In this document: positions 53,140-64,000 of the stretch, one piece after another
Layout of the letters: every line of letters begins with the position of its first letter
Numbering within the stretch: position 1 is the first letter of the stretch
Assembly: GCA_951406725.2 (NCBI GenBank)
Contig: OX597814.1
Coordinates: 141,298,001 to 141,362,000, forward strand
Length of the DNA stretch: 64,000 bases
Reading direction: 5' to 3'
Source of the DNA: Octopus vulgaris
Taxonomy: Eukaryota
The notes under the pieces: generated by a model
Told to the model about the DNA's origin: nothing
The model's input: the letters and a program-made list of their open reading frames with translations, nothing else
Database searches by the model: none
Position numbers and translations under genes: made by a program

Positions 53140-53200
53140 CAAATTAAAAAGGTGAAATTCTGTGTAAGCATCCCACATAACTCCTCATAACTTATTTTAT
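51922..53200 (-). mobile_element. degenerate Helitron-like element (extent uncertain)
   Basis: The end actggccgttggactcggcgttgctcgtgtt resembles the Helitron 3' end at 1645-1675; internal caaatttcatcaaaattgg motifs. Confidence 0.4.
52587..52690. repeat. 35-bp minisatellite, 3 copies
   Basis: aaaatattaatcctatg(c/g)gtaattgcatacagcat repeated. Confidence 0.85.
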
Positions 53201-54640
53201 TTTGGGAATTTTCAGAAAAGTTTTGTGAATTTGTGCTCTACACGCGGGAATTCATACCAGTATGAGCAACATACTCTCCCAACACTAAATCCTAAAAGTT
53301 TTGTTCCTTTACGGATTTTTAAAATAAGATTTTAAAATACGGACAGGCCGAAATTTTACTTAAATCTCGGCAGTGGACCACCCTTGGGTACATCATCATT
53401 CCTTTATATGTGTTTATGAAGAGAAAAAATTGAAAAACATCAACACATGGCAGAGTGGCAAAAAACAAGGACGGTTCAAGATGGCCATGAGATGTGCTAA
53501 AAACAACAGCTAAATCACCTTTAAATCACACACACACATACACACACAATTGCATAATCATATGATTCGCGTGTGATACCTCAAAAAAAAAAAAAAGAAA
53601 ATTTATGAGCGGTTATATGGGGTACTTAAGCCAGAATCCCACCATTAAAAGTTCTGTCAAAATTGAATTACTTTTACACCGATCATAGAGCAAGAACATC
53701 AGTAAACCTGATAATAGATGCAATGCACAAATACCTTGATCACACCATAGAGCAGCAGCTGCAGAAGCAACGTCACTGACATGATATTAATTGCTCTGTA
53801 GAAGTATCTTGACCCTATTGTATATTTCATATGCTCTGCCCTCAGTTATACCGACTCCCTTCTAATTAAGATCCTTTGTCATGATTTCGAGTCCCTTAAC
53901 GAGATACCATTTTGGCAGCTGTTTCATCATGGATGCCAGCTAAGTAGTTCTGTACACGGTGCCGCCAACGTCGGACGTGATGGAGCAGACTTATCTAATC
54001 AAAATCAGTGACTGGTTTATTTTTAGTAATAAATAAGAGAAACACCCTTTATCTACCAACACAGCATTATTTAAACCGGATTACAAAATATATCTTACAT
54101 CAAGCAAGAGGAATCTGACTTGTAATATTTTAACTGAAATTGATAACAACAAAACTAACATTAATACTAACAAAGCAGTACTACGATACCCATAAATCGT
54201 ATAAGACAACGTAAGCACTCTTCTCGGGAAAATTAAATAAAACGAAAGAAGAAAAATGGAAATGGATCTCCATCGGTTTCGAAGATGAGTTTTCAGTTGT
54301 TCGATCAACTGAGCTACATGCTAATTGAATTGGCCTATAAGTGACTGACTATTTTCCAGAAAGGTATGCTCTCAGCTTATATTTCGTGGATAGATTCAGC
54401 ACGACACAGGGTATGTGATAAGGCTTGCCGAGGCCATGATAAATAATGTTTGGTCAAGGTGCCACGTATTGAATCCGAACCTCCTGACAGTGAAGCGAAC
54501 TTCTTAACTATTGGACCATACTGCATCTACGTACTTCCATGTATGCATGCTTATATGAATACATACATACATTCATACATACATGCATACATACATACAT
54601 ACATACATACATACATACATACATACATACATACATACAT

Positions 54641-54684
<44 letters not shown>

Positions 54685-55539
54685 CTACAGGCGTGGCTGT
54701 GTGGTAAGAACCTTACTTCCCAATCACATGGTTCCGGGTCCAGTCCCATTGCGTGGCATCTTGAGCAAGTGGCTTCAACTATAGCATTAGCCGATCAAAG
54801 CCTTGTGGTAGACGGAAACAGAAGCCCGTCTTATATATGTATGTATATATGTGTGTGTGCGTGTGTCTGAGGGAGAGAATGAGGAAGAGAGGTACGTATA
54901 TGCATATATATATATATATATAAATAACTACATGCATATACATGTATATATGTATACGTAGAAGCACATACATATTCACAGATGCATACGCATCCATACA
55001 CACAAATTCACAAATCTCTAGAACTGTTTGGATTCAAACGTCGAAACGTTATTAGTGACCAGCTTGAAGACTTTAAATAACTTCTCTGAGAAAAAAAAAA
55101 AATATATATATATATCAATTAAAAACTCATACATAGCCAAAAGCCAGCTCTAATGTGGCCAACAAATATGACACATGACCATCCCATCGTATTTTCAGAC
55201 ATCTGCAAATACATCAGGAAATGTTGTTTTTTTTTTCTGTTTTAAGAGAGATACGATTTGAAGGAAAATTGACAAGTATTTCTATCAGATCGACTGCGAC
55301 CATGCTGGGGAACGATCTTGAAGTTTTGTTTTAGTTGAACAAATAAGCGCAATAATTATTTTCCTTTTTAGCTTGGTACTTATATGACTAAACAAACCAA
55401 CACGTAAACAAACCAACACCAGTTGTCGTGAAGACAAAAACACAGACACAAACACACATGCACCCACGCCCATAGAAGCACACATATCAGTGTAGGAATA
55501 TATACGACGGGCTTCACGCAGTAGCTTCATTTACTACGA

Positions 55540-55615
55540 CGTATGCCGTGGGCGCAGTGGTTAAGAGCGAGGGCTACTAACCCCAAGAATCTGAGTTCGA
55601 TTCCAGGCAGTGACC
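55540..55615 (+). mobile_element. tRNA-derived SINE head
   Basis: A-box gggcgcagtgg, anticodon-like arm ggg-ctACTaa-ccc, B-box gagttcgattcc; followed by (AAC)n/(AAT)n. Confidence 0.7.
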
Positions 55616-55665
55616 TCAATAACAACAACAACAACAACAACAACAACAGCAACAACAACAACAAC

Positions 55666-55703
<38 letters not shown>

Positions 55704-55707
<4 letters not shown>

Positions 55708-56259
55708 GCCCTGATGCAGTACCAGACAGTGGCTCTCGTGGCTTCTGATCTTAACTGATTGGAAGTGTTATCATGTACATTGTTTTGTCTTGGTATAAAA
55801 GATGGACTACAGCAAATATTTTGCTCAATATCACAGATTTGCTTGTCAGTTGTTTGACCTTAACTAGTTGAGCATGTCCCTAAGTGGCTGACGATATGTG
55901 CATCTCTGATCATGAGCAGAAGTAGTGGGGGACATCATAGCCGTGTGTTGAAAGGAATTCTTGGAGGTTTGGATAATTCACCTTTGGAAACACGGGTCGT
56001 TCATTCAACATCCTTAAACAATCCTCATTCATGGACCTTTTGAGCGGGATGGGCTACTCGACTTGAAGAAAATTTTAACTGGGCCCATCTGCAAGGTAAT
56101 GCGCTGTTTATCTTGATATGAGATCACCATGTCGCGCACATATGGTTGTGATGCATGTGCCTTGTGTAACCTTATCAGACGGGTAGTCATGCTGGGTATA
56201 CTGGGCTTCGTATATTTTACCCCAGTGTCAATTTGATGGCATGCACTGCTCTCTCACTC
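55704..56259. mobile_element. 556-bp non-coding element embedded in (AAT)n
   Basis: Complex, higher-GC segment bounded sharply by (AAT)n on both sides, with no ORF. Confidence 0.55.
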
Positions 56260-56321
<62 letters not shown>

Positions 56322-56345
56322 TAATAATAATAACAATAATAATAT

Positions 56346-56416
<71 letters not shown>

Positions 56417-56455
56417 TAACTTAGGAATGAGAATCCAGGTTCGAAATTTCCCCAA

Positions 56456-56501
56456 GACACTTGATGAAGGCTGGAGGGTATATCAGCCGAAACGTTGTGT
56501 T
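56456..56501 (+). ncRNA. minimal type I hammerhead (C3>U in this copy)
   Basis: gacac-TTGATGA-a-ggctg(gagggtatat)cagcc-GAAAC-GTT-gtgtt. Confidence 0.7.
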
Positions 56502-56589
56502 AGCAACAAACAAGATGAGGACACATATCCGCCAAAATGTAAATAATGTACATAATTCCTCATCTCTTAAATATAGAACTATATCCACT

Positions 56590-57750
56590 GGGTTTGACTT
56601 TTGGGAAAAAAGGCCGTGTTGGATGGTGAATTTGTTTGCATTATATAATATAATGTTTAATTATATCACATTATATTATACAGTGGGTATATGTGAAGTT
56701 CGTATGTTTGTGTGATAAGGGAGTTCATCAGTGGAGTATGTATTTTTACATGTGTGCAGTTTGTACGTTTTATTATTCAATATTCACGTCTAGGGAAAGA
56801 AGCTTTCTTTGAAATGTGGGAGTATAAATATTGCTTGTGTATGCAGGGAGACACAGTTTCATCTCTAATATTTTAAATGCTATCTGTTGACTGGTTGATA
56901 TTTAAATTTTCAGTGATGCAGAGCTCACATTTGATACACCCTCCCCGGTATTTTCTGGCGTTGGTAATGATGCTCCATATTATTTGGGGGTTGCTTGCTC
57001 CTCCTTCTTTCAATATCCATATCATACTGGATAAGGATGTCGCATGTCTTTTATCTTTGTCCCTGAATGACGTCAGGTGTTGTGTGCATCTTTCCTTGAA
57101 CGAGTTGCCCGTCATTCCGATGTACGTCTTTGTAACTCCATTGGTATCCATGATTTCGGCCTTGTATATAATTTATTTTCCAAGACAGCTACTATTTAGA
57201 GGGCTGCGGTTTGGAGATCTACAGTTATCGTACCTCTCTCGGGTCTTGGTGTGTTTATTTTTATTGTGGTTGAGTATTATTGACCCTGTATTTTTCAAAA
57301 GTGTCTTTATCGGTAGATAGATTGGAGACGCGCCTGCTAATATAATTAACTAATTGTTTAATGATTGCTGGTGGGTGGTTGGAGCGTGTGTCTATGTACG
57401 AAACATCCTCATTTGGTTTGTGGTAGGGTATACATTTGTCTGTTCTAAGGTTCATGTTATTACCTAGAAAATGGACTTCTTTAGGGTTGGTACTAATTGT
57501 GGTTCTTAGACCTGATTGTTTAAGTATATTACATCCATAGCGTGTCCGTTTTTATTCTGTACCACTCCCAGACCTTCGTCCCTATATGAAACCATGTTGG
57601 ATTCTTTTATTTCTTTTCTAAAGGGATTAGGTCAGCTATTTTGGCACCATCATAGCTCCCTCTTGCTACATCAAATAGTCCAATTCCGATATTTTTACCT
57701 AATGTGATTGGCTTGAAAAAATAAGATATTAAGATATCTTTCTTAGCATG
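56590..57750 (-). mobile_element. Penelope-like element of a second clade (Naiad-like), degenerate
   Basis: FDVARGSYDGAKIADL, SYRDEGL, YHKPN..YIDTRSNHPPAIIKQL, NCR...PLN..CL, IIYKA...TYIGMTGNSFKER..QH..SF, CIKCELC. Confidence 0.85.
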
Positions 57751-57780
57751 AAACCGAAAGTAGCCTTAATACACACACGC

Positions 57781-57881
<101 letters not shown>

Positions 57882-57901
57882 CTGCGCGTGTGTATTAAGG
57901 C

Positions 57902-57952
<51 letters not shown>

Positions 57953-58402
57953 CGCGCAGGTGTGTGTGTGTTCTTCTATTCCAAATGTTATTTAGCGTTA
58001 TAAAAAGGTAGTATTCTTCTTTAGGTGGCGTTTATTTTAATGGTGCAGAGCGCTTAGATGGAGCTTGAGAGGTATTGGGTTCGATTCTCTATAGTGGAAC
58101 ACTTGCCAATATTCTTACCCGATTTTCTACCCTGTTCTCACAGTTATTTTGAGTTTGAGAATTCCTTGACTTTCTGTAGAATACCCCAACCATACACACA
58201 GAAATTACTTTTACAAAGTAATAAATGTCTTTAAAAACTCGAAAAAAGAAGTAAGGATAACTCAGTTGGATGCGTGCAACTAACGGAGCCAATGTAGAAG
58301 TGTCCTAACAATTTCTAATAAAACTTAATTTGCTTGTGTTTTCCATTAAACTCTGCTGAGTTTTCCAATTTTTCGAATTGTAAAGCTAATTTATGGACAC
58401 AC

Positions 58403-58434
<32 letters not shown>

Positions 58435-58491
58435 ATATATATATACGTATATATATATATACATACTTGCATACATACACACACAAACACG

Positions 58492-58558
<67 letters not shown>

Positions 58559-59122
58559 GATACATTCCTTTATGTCGTCGTATTTATATTATCTAAACAT
58601 TGCGTTTTCTTCCCTGCATTCATACTTCTTTCTATTTGTGTTTCAGAAGTTTGACGTTATGTATTCCTACTTTCCCCGGCAGATTTATTTGCAATATCTG
58701 CTTACATTTACATCATAACATCAGATTTGACTATTTATTATTTTATTCTTTTACTTGTTTCTGTCATTTCACTGCGGCCGCGCTGGAGCACCGCCTCAAA
58801 GGTTTTTAGTCGAACAAATCGACCCCAGAAGTTATTTCTTAAGCCTAGTACTTATTCTATCGCTCTCTTTTGCCGAGCTGCTAAGTTACAGATACGTGAT
58901 GGGTGGGTGGGGGGCGATAAACAGAGAAACAAAGGCAATCACACACACACACATATACGACGGGATTCTTTCAGTTTCTGTCTACTAAATCCACGCATAA
59001 GGCTTTGGTCGGCCTGTTGGGGGACGTAATTACATCAGTATCCGTTGTCAAATGATGTTGGGGGACAAACACAGACACACAAACATATGCATATATATAA
59101 ATAAATAAATATATTTATATAT

Positions 59123-59347
59123 AGTTAATCCAAACAAGAAAACACAAAAAAAACAAAAAAAAAACAAAAAAAAAACACAGCAACGCGAGGACGTGGAACA
59201 AATAAAGTATTATTGGACGCTCAGGAAAGAAGGGAAGAAGGAGGGTTTAACGTTTCGAGCGGAGCTCTTCGTCGGAAACATAGGAGAAGGAAAGATCCCG
59301 AGAATGGAAGACAGAGGAAAAAAAATCGGCAGCGGTACTCATGAGGT

Positions 59348-59350
<3 letters not shown>
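59123..59350 (-). mobile_element. PLE pLTR fragment with hammerhead motif at 59245-59279
   Basis: Same family as 6426-6571, with an identical CCGACGA hammerhead; in (TA)n. Confidence 0.65.
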
Positions 59351-59388
<38 letters not shown>

Positions 59389-59389
59389 A

Positions 59390-59735
59390 CAACGAGCTTC
59401 TTTCAGTTTCCGTCTACCAAATCCACTCACAAGGCTTTAGTCATCTCGCGGCTATAGTAGAAGACACTTGCCCAAGGTGCCACGCAGTGGGACTGAACCC
59501 GGAACTATGTGGTTGGAAAACAAGCTTCTGTTTCTTTTCTACTCTAGGCACAAGACCCGAAATTTTTGGGGAGGGGGGGGAAGTCGATTAAATTGACCCC
59601 AGTACGCAACTGGTACTTAATTTATCGACCCCGAAAAGATGACAGGCAAAGACGACCTCGGCGGAATTTGAACTCAGAACGTAATACCGCTAAGCATTTC
59701 GCCAGGCGTTAACGCTTCTGCCAGCTCGCCGCTTT
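59390..59735 (-). mobile_element. SINE family B fragment joined to a family A copy
   Basis: Reverse complement matches to both families. Confidence 0.75.
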
Positions 59736-60089
59736 ACCATTTCCTTATACTGAAATAAGTTTCTTTTATAGCACATCGAAATTATAACTCTTTAAGTTAG
59801 GGACCTCGGCTAAAGAACGCCTCTAATTGGTGATTTCGATTAAAGAAATCTTACGAACCGTGACCAACACCATTCGAATGACAGTCCAGCTGAAAATCAT
59901 AAGCGCATGCACGGCTGTGTGGTTAAGAAGTTCATTTTGCAACTATATGGTTTCGGTTTCGATCCCGCTGCGTGACACCCTGGATAAATCTCTTCTACCA
60001 TAGTCCCGGGCCGACCAGTGAATGTGGTAAACGGTAACTGTGTGGAGGACCGTTATACTTGTTCTCTCCTTGCGTTTCACAACGAGAGA

Positions 60090-60150
<61 letters not shown>

Positions 60151-60220
60151 TACACACACACACGCACACACTTAAATCTATCTGTCTATCTGTCTGTCTG
60201 ACTGTCTGTCTGTATTTATA

Positions 60221-60625
60221 TTCTTTTACTAGTTTCAGTCATTTTGACTGTGGCTATGCTGAAGCACCGTCTTTTAGTCGGAGAAATCGACCCCTAGACT
60301 TATTTTTTGTAAGCCTGGTACTTATTCTATTGGTTTCTTTTGCTGAACCTTTAAGTTACGGGGACATAGACACACCAACATGGGTTGTCAAACGATGGTG
60401 GGGGGATAAACACAGACACAAACACACAAATATATACTATATATATATATGTATGTATGTATACACGAAGGGCTTCTTTCAGCTTCCGTCTACCAAATCC
60501 ACTCACAAAGCTTTATTCGGACCGAGGCTATAGTAGAAGACACTTGCTCAAGGTGCCACGTCGTGGAACCGAACCCCGAATCATATGGTTGGGATACAAG
60601 CTTCTTACCACACAGCCTGCCCCTA
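60221..60625 (-). mobile_element. SINE family B
   Basis: Reverse complement of 61365-61775. Confidence 0.8.
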
Positions 60626-61278
60626 TCAATAACAATCCTTTGTACTGAATGCACAAGGCTCTGGAATTTTAGGGGAGAGGACTAATCGATTACATCAACC
60701 CCAGTCCTTCACCGGTACTTAATTTATCGGCCCCGAAAGAATGGCAGGTAAAGTCGACCTCGGAGGAATTTGAACTCAGAACGTAAATTTAATATTAATT
60801 ATAGTAAAGTATGGAGACTTTTGCACCCACAAAATTTATTTTATACTTATATACAGCATATACCGTCCAGCGAAGAGTACACGGAATTATACCCATCGGA
60901 AGAATTCATGGAGCGTCTAACTATCAATTGTAATCATAGACGTTAGATACTGATTATTGTGGTTAGCTGTTAACTGGAACATAACTAAGGACTATTATGG
61001 TATCGGCCCAGATAACATATCATTCCATATTCATACATAAATATACATATATACATGCTTATATATTCTTAGTATATTGGGGTATTCTAACAGATCATAA
61101 TGTAATCCTTATATTGTCCTTTTTTTATGCCTTGATGATTTTCCACCCAAGTTATGTTTTGTAGGTTAAATTGGATGCGAAATGAAACAGTTCTAGGTGA
61201 AGATGTTAATTAATTAATAAATTAATTTGTATCGATTGGATCTCTCTGTTTTTCAAACTTAATAATAATAATAATAAT

Positions 61279-61364
<86 letters not shown>

Positions 61365-61366
<2 letters not shown>

Positions 61367-61775
61367 CGCAGGAGTGGATGTGTGGTAAGTAGCTTGCCTA
61401 CCAACCACATGGTTCTGGGTTCAGTCCCACTGCATGGCATCTTGGGCAAGTGTCTTCTGCTATAGCCTCGGGCCGACCAATACCTTGTGAGTGGATTTGG
61501 TAGACGGAAACTGAAAGAAGCCTGTCGTATATATGTATATGTATGTATGTATGTGTATGTATATGTTTGTGTGTCTGTGTTTGTCCCTCTAGCATTGCTT
61601 GACAACCGATGCTGGTGTGTTTACATCCCCGTCACTTAGCGGTTCGGCAAAAGAGACCGATAGAATAAGTACTGGGCTTACAAAGAATAAGTCCCGGGGT
61701 CGATTTGCTCGACTACAGGCGATGCTCCAGCATGGCCGCAGTCAAATGACTGAAACAAATAAAAGAGTAAAGAGT
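61365..61775 (+). mobile_element. full-length SINE family B
   Basis: ggcgcaggagtggatgtgtggtaag head, ggttcagtccc B-box, ttgggcaagtgtcttc, and a gtcaaatgactgaaacaaataaaagagt tail. More than 15 copies or fragments occur in the window. Confidence 0.9.
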
Positions 61776-63572
61776 ATATATATATATATATACGACGAGC
61801 TTTCAGTTTCTGGCTAGTAAATCGACTTACAAGGCTTTAGTCGGCTTGAGACTATAATAGAAGACACTTGCGCAAGGTGTCACACAGTAGGACTGAACAC
61901 GGAACCATGTGGTTGGGAAACTAACTACTTACCACACAGCCACGCCTACAAATCTTATTCCATTTTTTAAAAAGTTTTCTCTGTAGAGAAAGGATAAGCA
62001 CCCATGGCTTTTGCAGACCCTCGGATATTGCTCACAGAAAGAAACTACGACTCGTGATTGCTGCATGTAGGCAATACTACATTAATAAAATGAGTTAATT
62101 TATCAGAGCAACATAGATGTGGCTTGATTCATGCAACAGAGTAGATTCCATTGAGTCACTTTCCAGGATAAAATGGATCTAACAGAGAGGGGAGGTGGTG
62201 AATTTTCACGAAGAAAATTAATTTAGATATGAGATTATGTTTTAATTTCGAAATGAAATTAAATTTATCTGAATTTTATTTGAAATTTTTTAGCGATTAA
62301 TAATTTAATAACACACGATGGAGGAGTGGTTTAAATATATTAATTTGCACCACAAATTGCAGTGCAAAGTAAACAGGTTAGAAACGTTTATAAATATTAT
62401 TTTGATACTGGTTTATTTTACTTATAGCTAAAATAGAGTTTGTTGATATTGTTTAGCCCGTGGTCAAACCTGATCCAGAAATACTTGTCAAAAATGATAC
62501 AACCGGGGCCATTTTTTCATTTTGTATCAGACATTCTAAAATCTTTATCTTTTACTTGTTTCACTCATTAGACTGCGGTCATGCTGGGGCCCTGCCCTGG
62601 GGATTTATAGTCAAACGAACCGATTCCAATACTTAAGTTTTGTAAAGCCTGGTACTTATTGTGGCGGTATCTTTTGCCGAATCGCTAGGGGTTGTAAACA
62701 CGTCAACACCATTTGTAAAGAGGTGGTGGGACACACACACGCACACAAACACACACACATACAAACACACACACATACAAACACGCACACACAATCAGGT
62801 TTGTCAAAGTCCTTTCGACACCATCCATGGTCTCATCTACTTCAGTGGGTCTGATTATTATTAACATAATGACCATCCCGAAGCTCAACTAAGCGTGTTT
62901 CAACACACGAGACCACATCAAGAATCTTGCAAACCAAATACAAAACCGAATCATAAATTATGTACGGTGAAAATTCCATATGTAAGTGGAACAGTAGAAA
63001 TATGCAAAGAATTGACTAAAATTCAATAAATAACTTTTTATTATCGTTTGTTCTTCGTTAGATATCAACTCTTCGTCATAAAAATACTTCAAAGAATTAA
63101 AATAAAGCTAAGATACTATACAAACACAGGCAGGCAATGGCACACAAACACACATTTAAGCTCATGACTGTAGGTTTCAAACAAATATATTGCTTGATCA
63201 ACAGGCGTAAACATTAATCTAAAATCAATGAGTTGAAAACATCTGTGCACAAATAAATTGAAATTCCATTACCAGACTTAGGTACTACTCGTAATATATA
63301 AGGCACTTAACAATGTCATAGTACCACTTTTGTGGGGGCGGGCTTCAAAAGACCAACCTCACACGTGTATAAGTCTCTCTCTTCCTCTCTCGCTTTCTCA
63401 CTGAGCGTACATGCTTGCGTAAAGAGAGCAAGAGAGATCATTGGATAAGAGAGAAATGCACAACCAGATAGACATAAATAGATAAGGAGATTGATAGAGA
63501 CGTACATATATATACATGATCCCTCTCTCTCTTCATATATATATATATATATACACTCACATATACAAGCAC

Positions 63573-63752
63573 ACAGTGTGTCCGTAAAGTTATGGGGGGA
63601 TTTCAAATCTATTTATTGATGTAACGTGCAACACTGCACATTTAAAATATATGTTAAATAAGAGATAAACTAATAAAGTTTACGTACAATTTATTGCAGT
63701 TTGATGTGGCTTCTATTTGTTGGCCCACACACATTTAATTGGTACTCCAGTC
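63573..63752 (-). mobile_element. Tc1/mariner 3' terminal relic
   Basis: LEYQLNVCGPTNRSHIKLQ* C-terminus followed by a TIR-like cagtgtgtccgtaaagtt. Confidence 0.45.
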
Positions 63753-64000
63753 GGATGAGTGGAGAAAACTCTACAAACACACTGCTTATGTGTGTATGTG
63801 TGTGCATATTTGCATGTGTGAGCGAGCATATGCGTATAGGACTTTATGTAGGCGCAGGCATGTCTGTGTGGGAAGCAATTTGCTTCAACAACATGAAACC
63901 GGATTCAGTTTCACAGCGGGGCACCTTGGACAAGTACCTTCTACTTTAACATTGTTAGAGGATTTGGTAGAGAGTAATTGAAAGAAGCCCGTCATGTGTG

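Overview
AT-rich, microsatellite-dense eukaryotic DNA. The repeat landscape (tRNA-derived SINEs with Nin/Deu-, CORE- and Meta-like middles; very long (TA)n, (CA)n, (TACA)n and (AAT)n) suggests an octopus/coleoid cephalopod genome, which is an inference. I recognise no host protein-coding gene, and almost every ORF in the track is translated microsatellite or SINE. The real coding content is transposon-derived: Penelope-like elements (PLEs; RT + GIY-YIG), two R4/Dong-like RLE retrotransposon ends, an RTE LINE, and mariner/Tc1 relics. Non-autonomous Helitrons and MITEs are also present. The most striking signal is a PLE/hammerhead-ribozyme system with four parts: (i) a young Neptune-type PLE forming a ~4.8 kb palindrome with 2.2 kb arms; (ii) non-coding 483-bp and 535-bp monomers carrying intact type I hammerheads in permuted tandem + inverted arrays; (iii) six insertions sharing a back-to-back, 3'-ends-outward geometry inside microsatellites, mostly (TA)n; (iv) a candidate tRNA-headed SINE with a hammerhead tail. 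Coordinates were counted by eye and may be off by a few bases.
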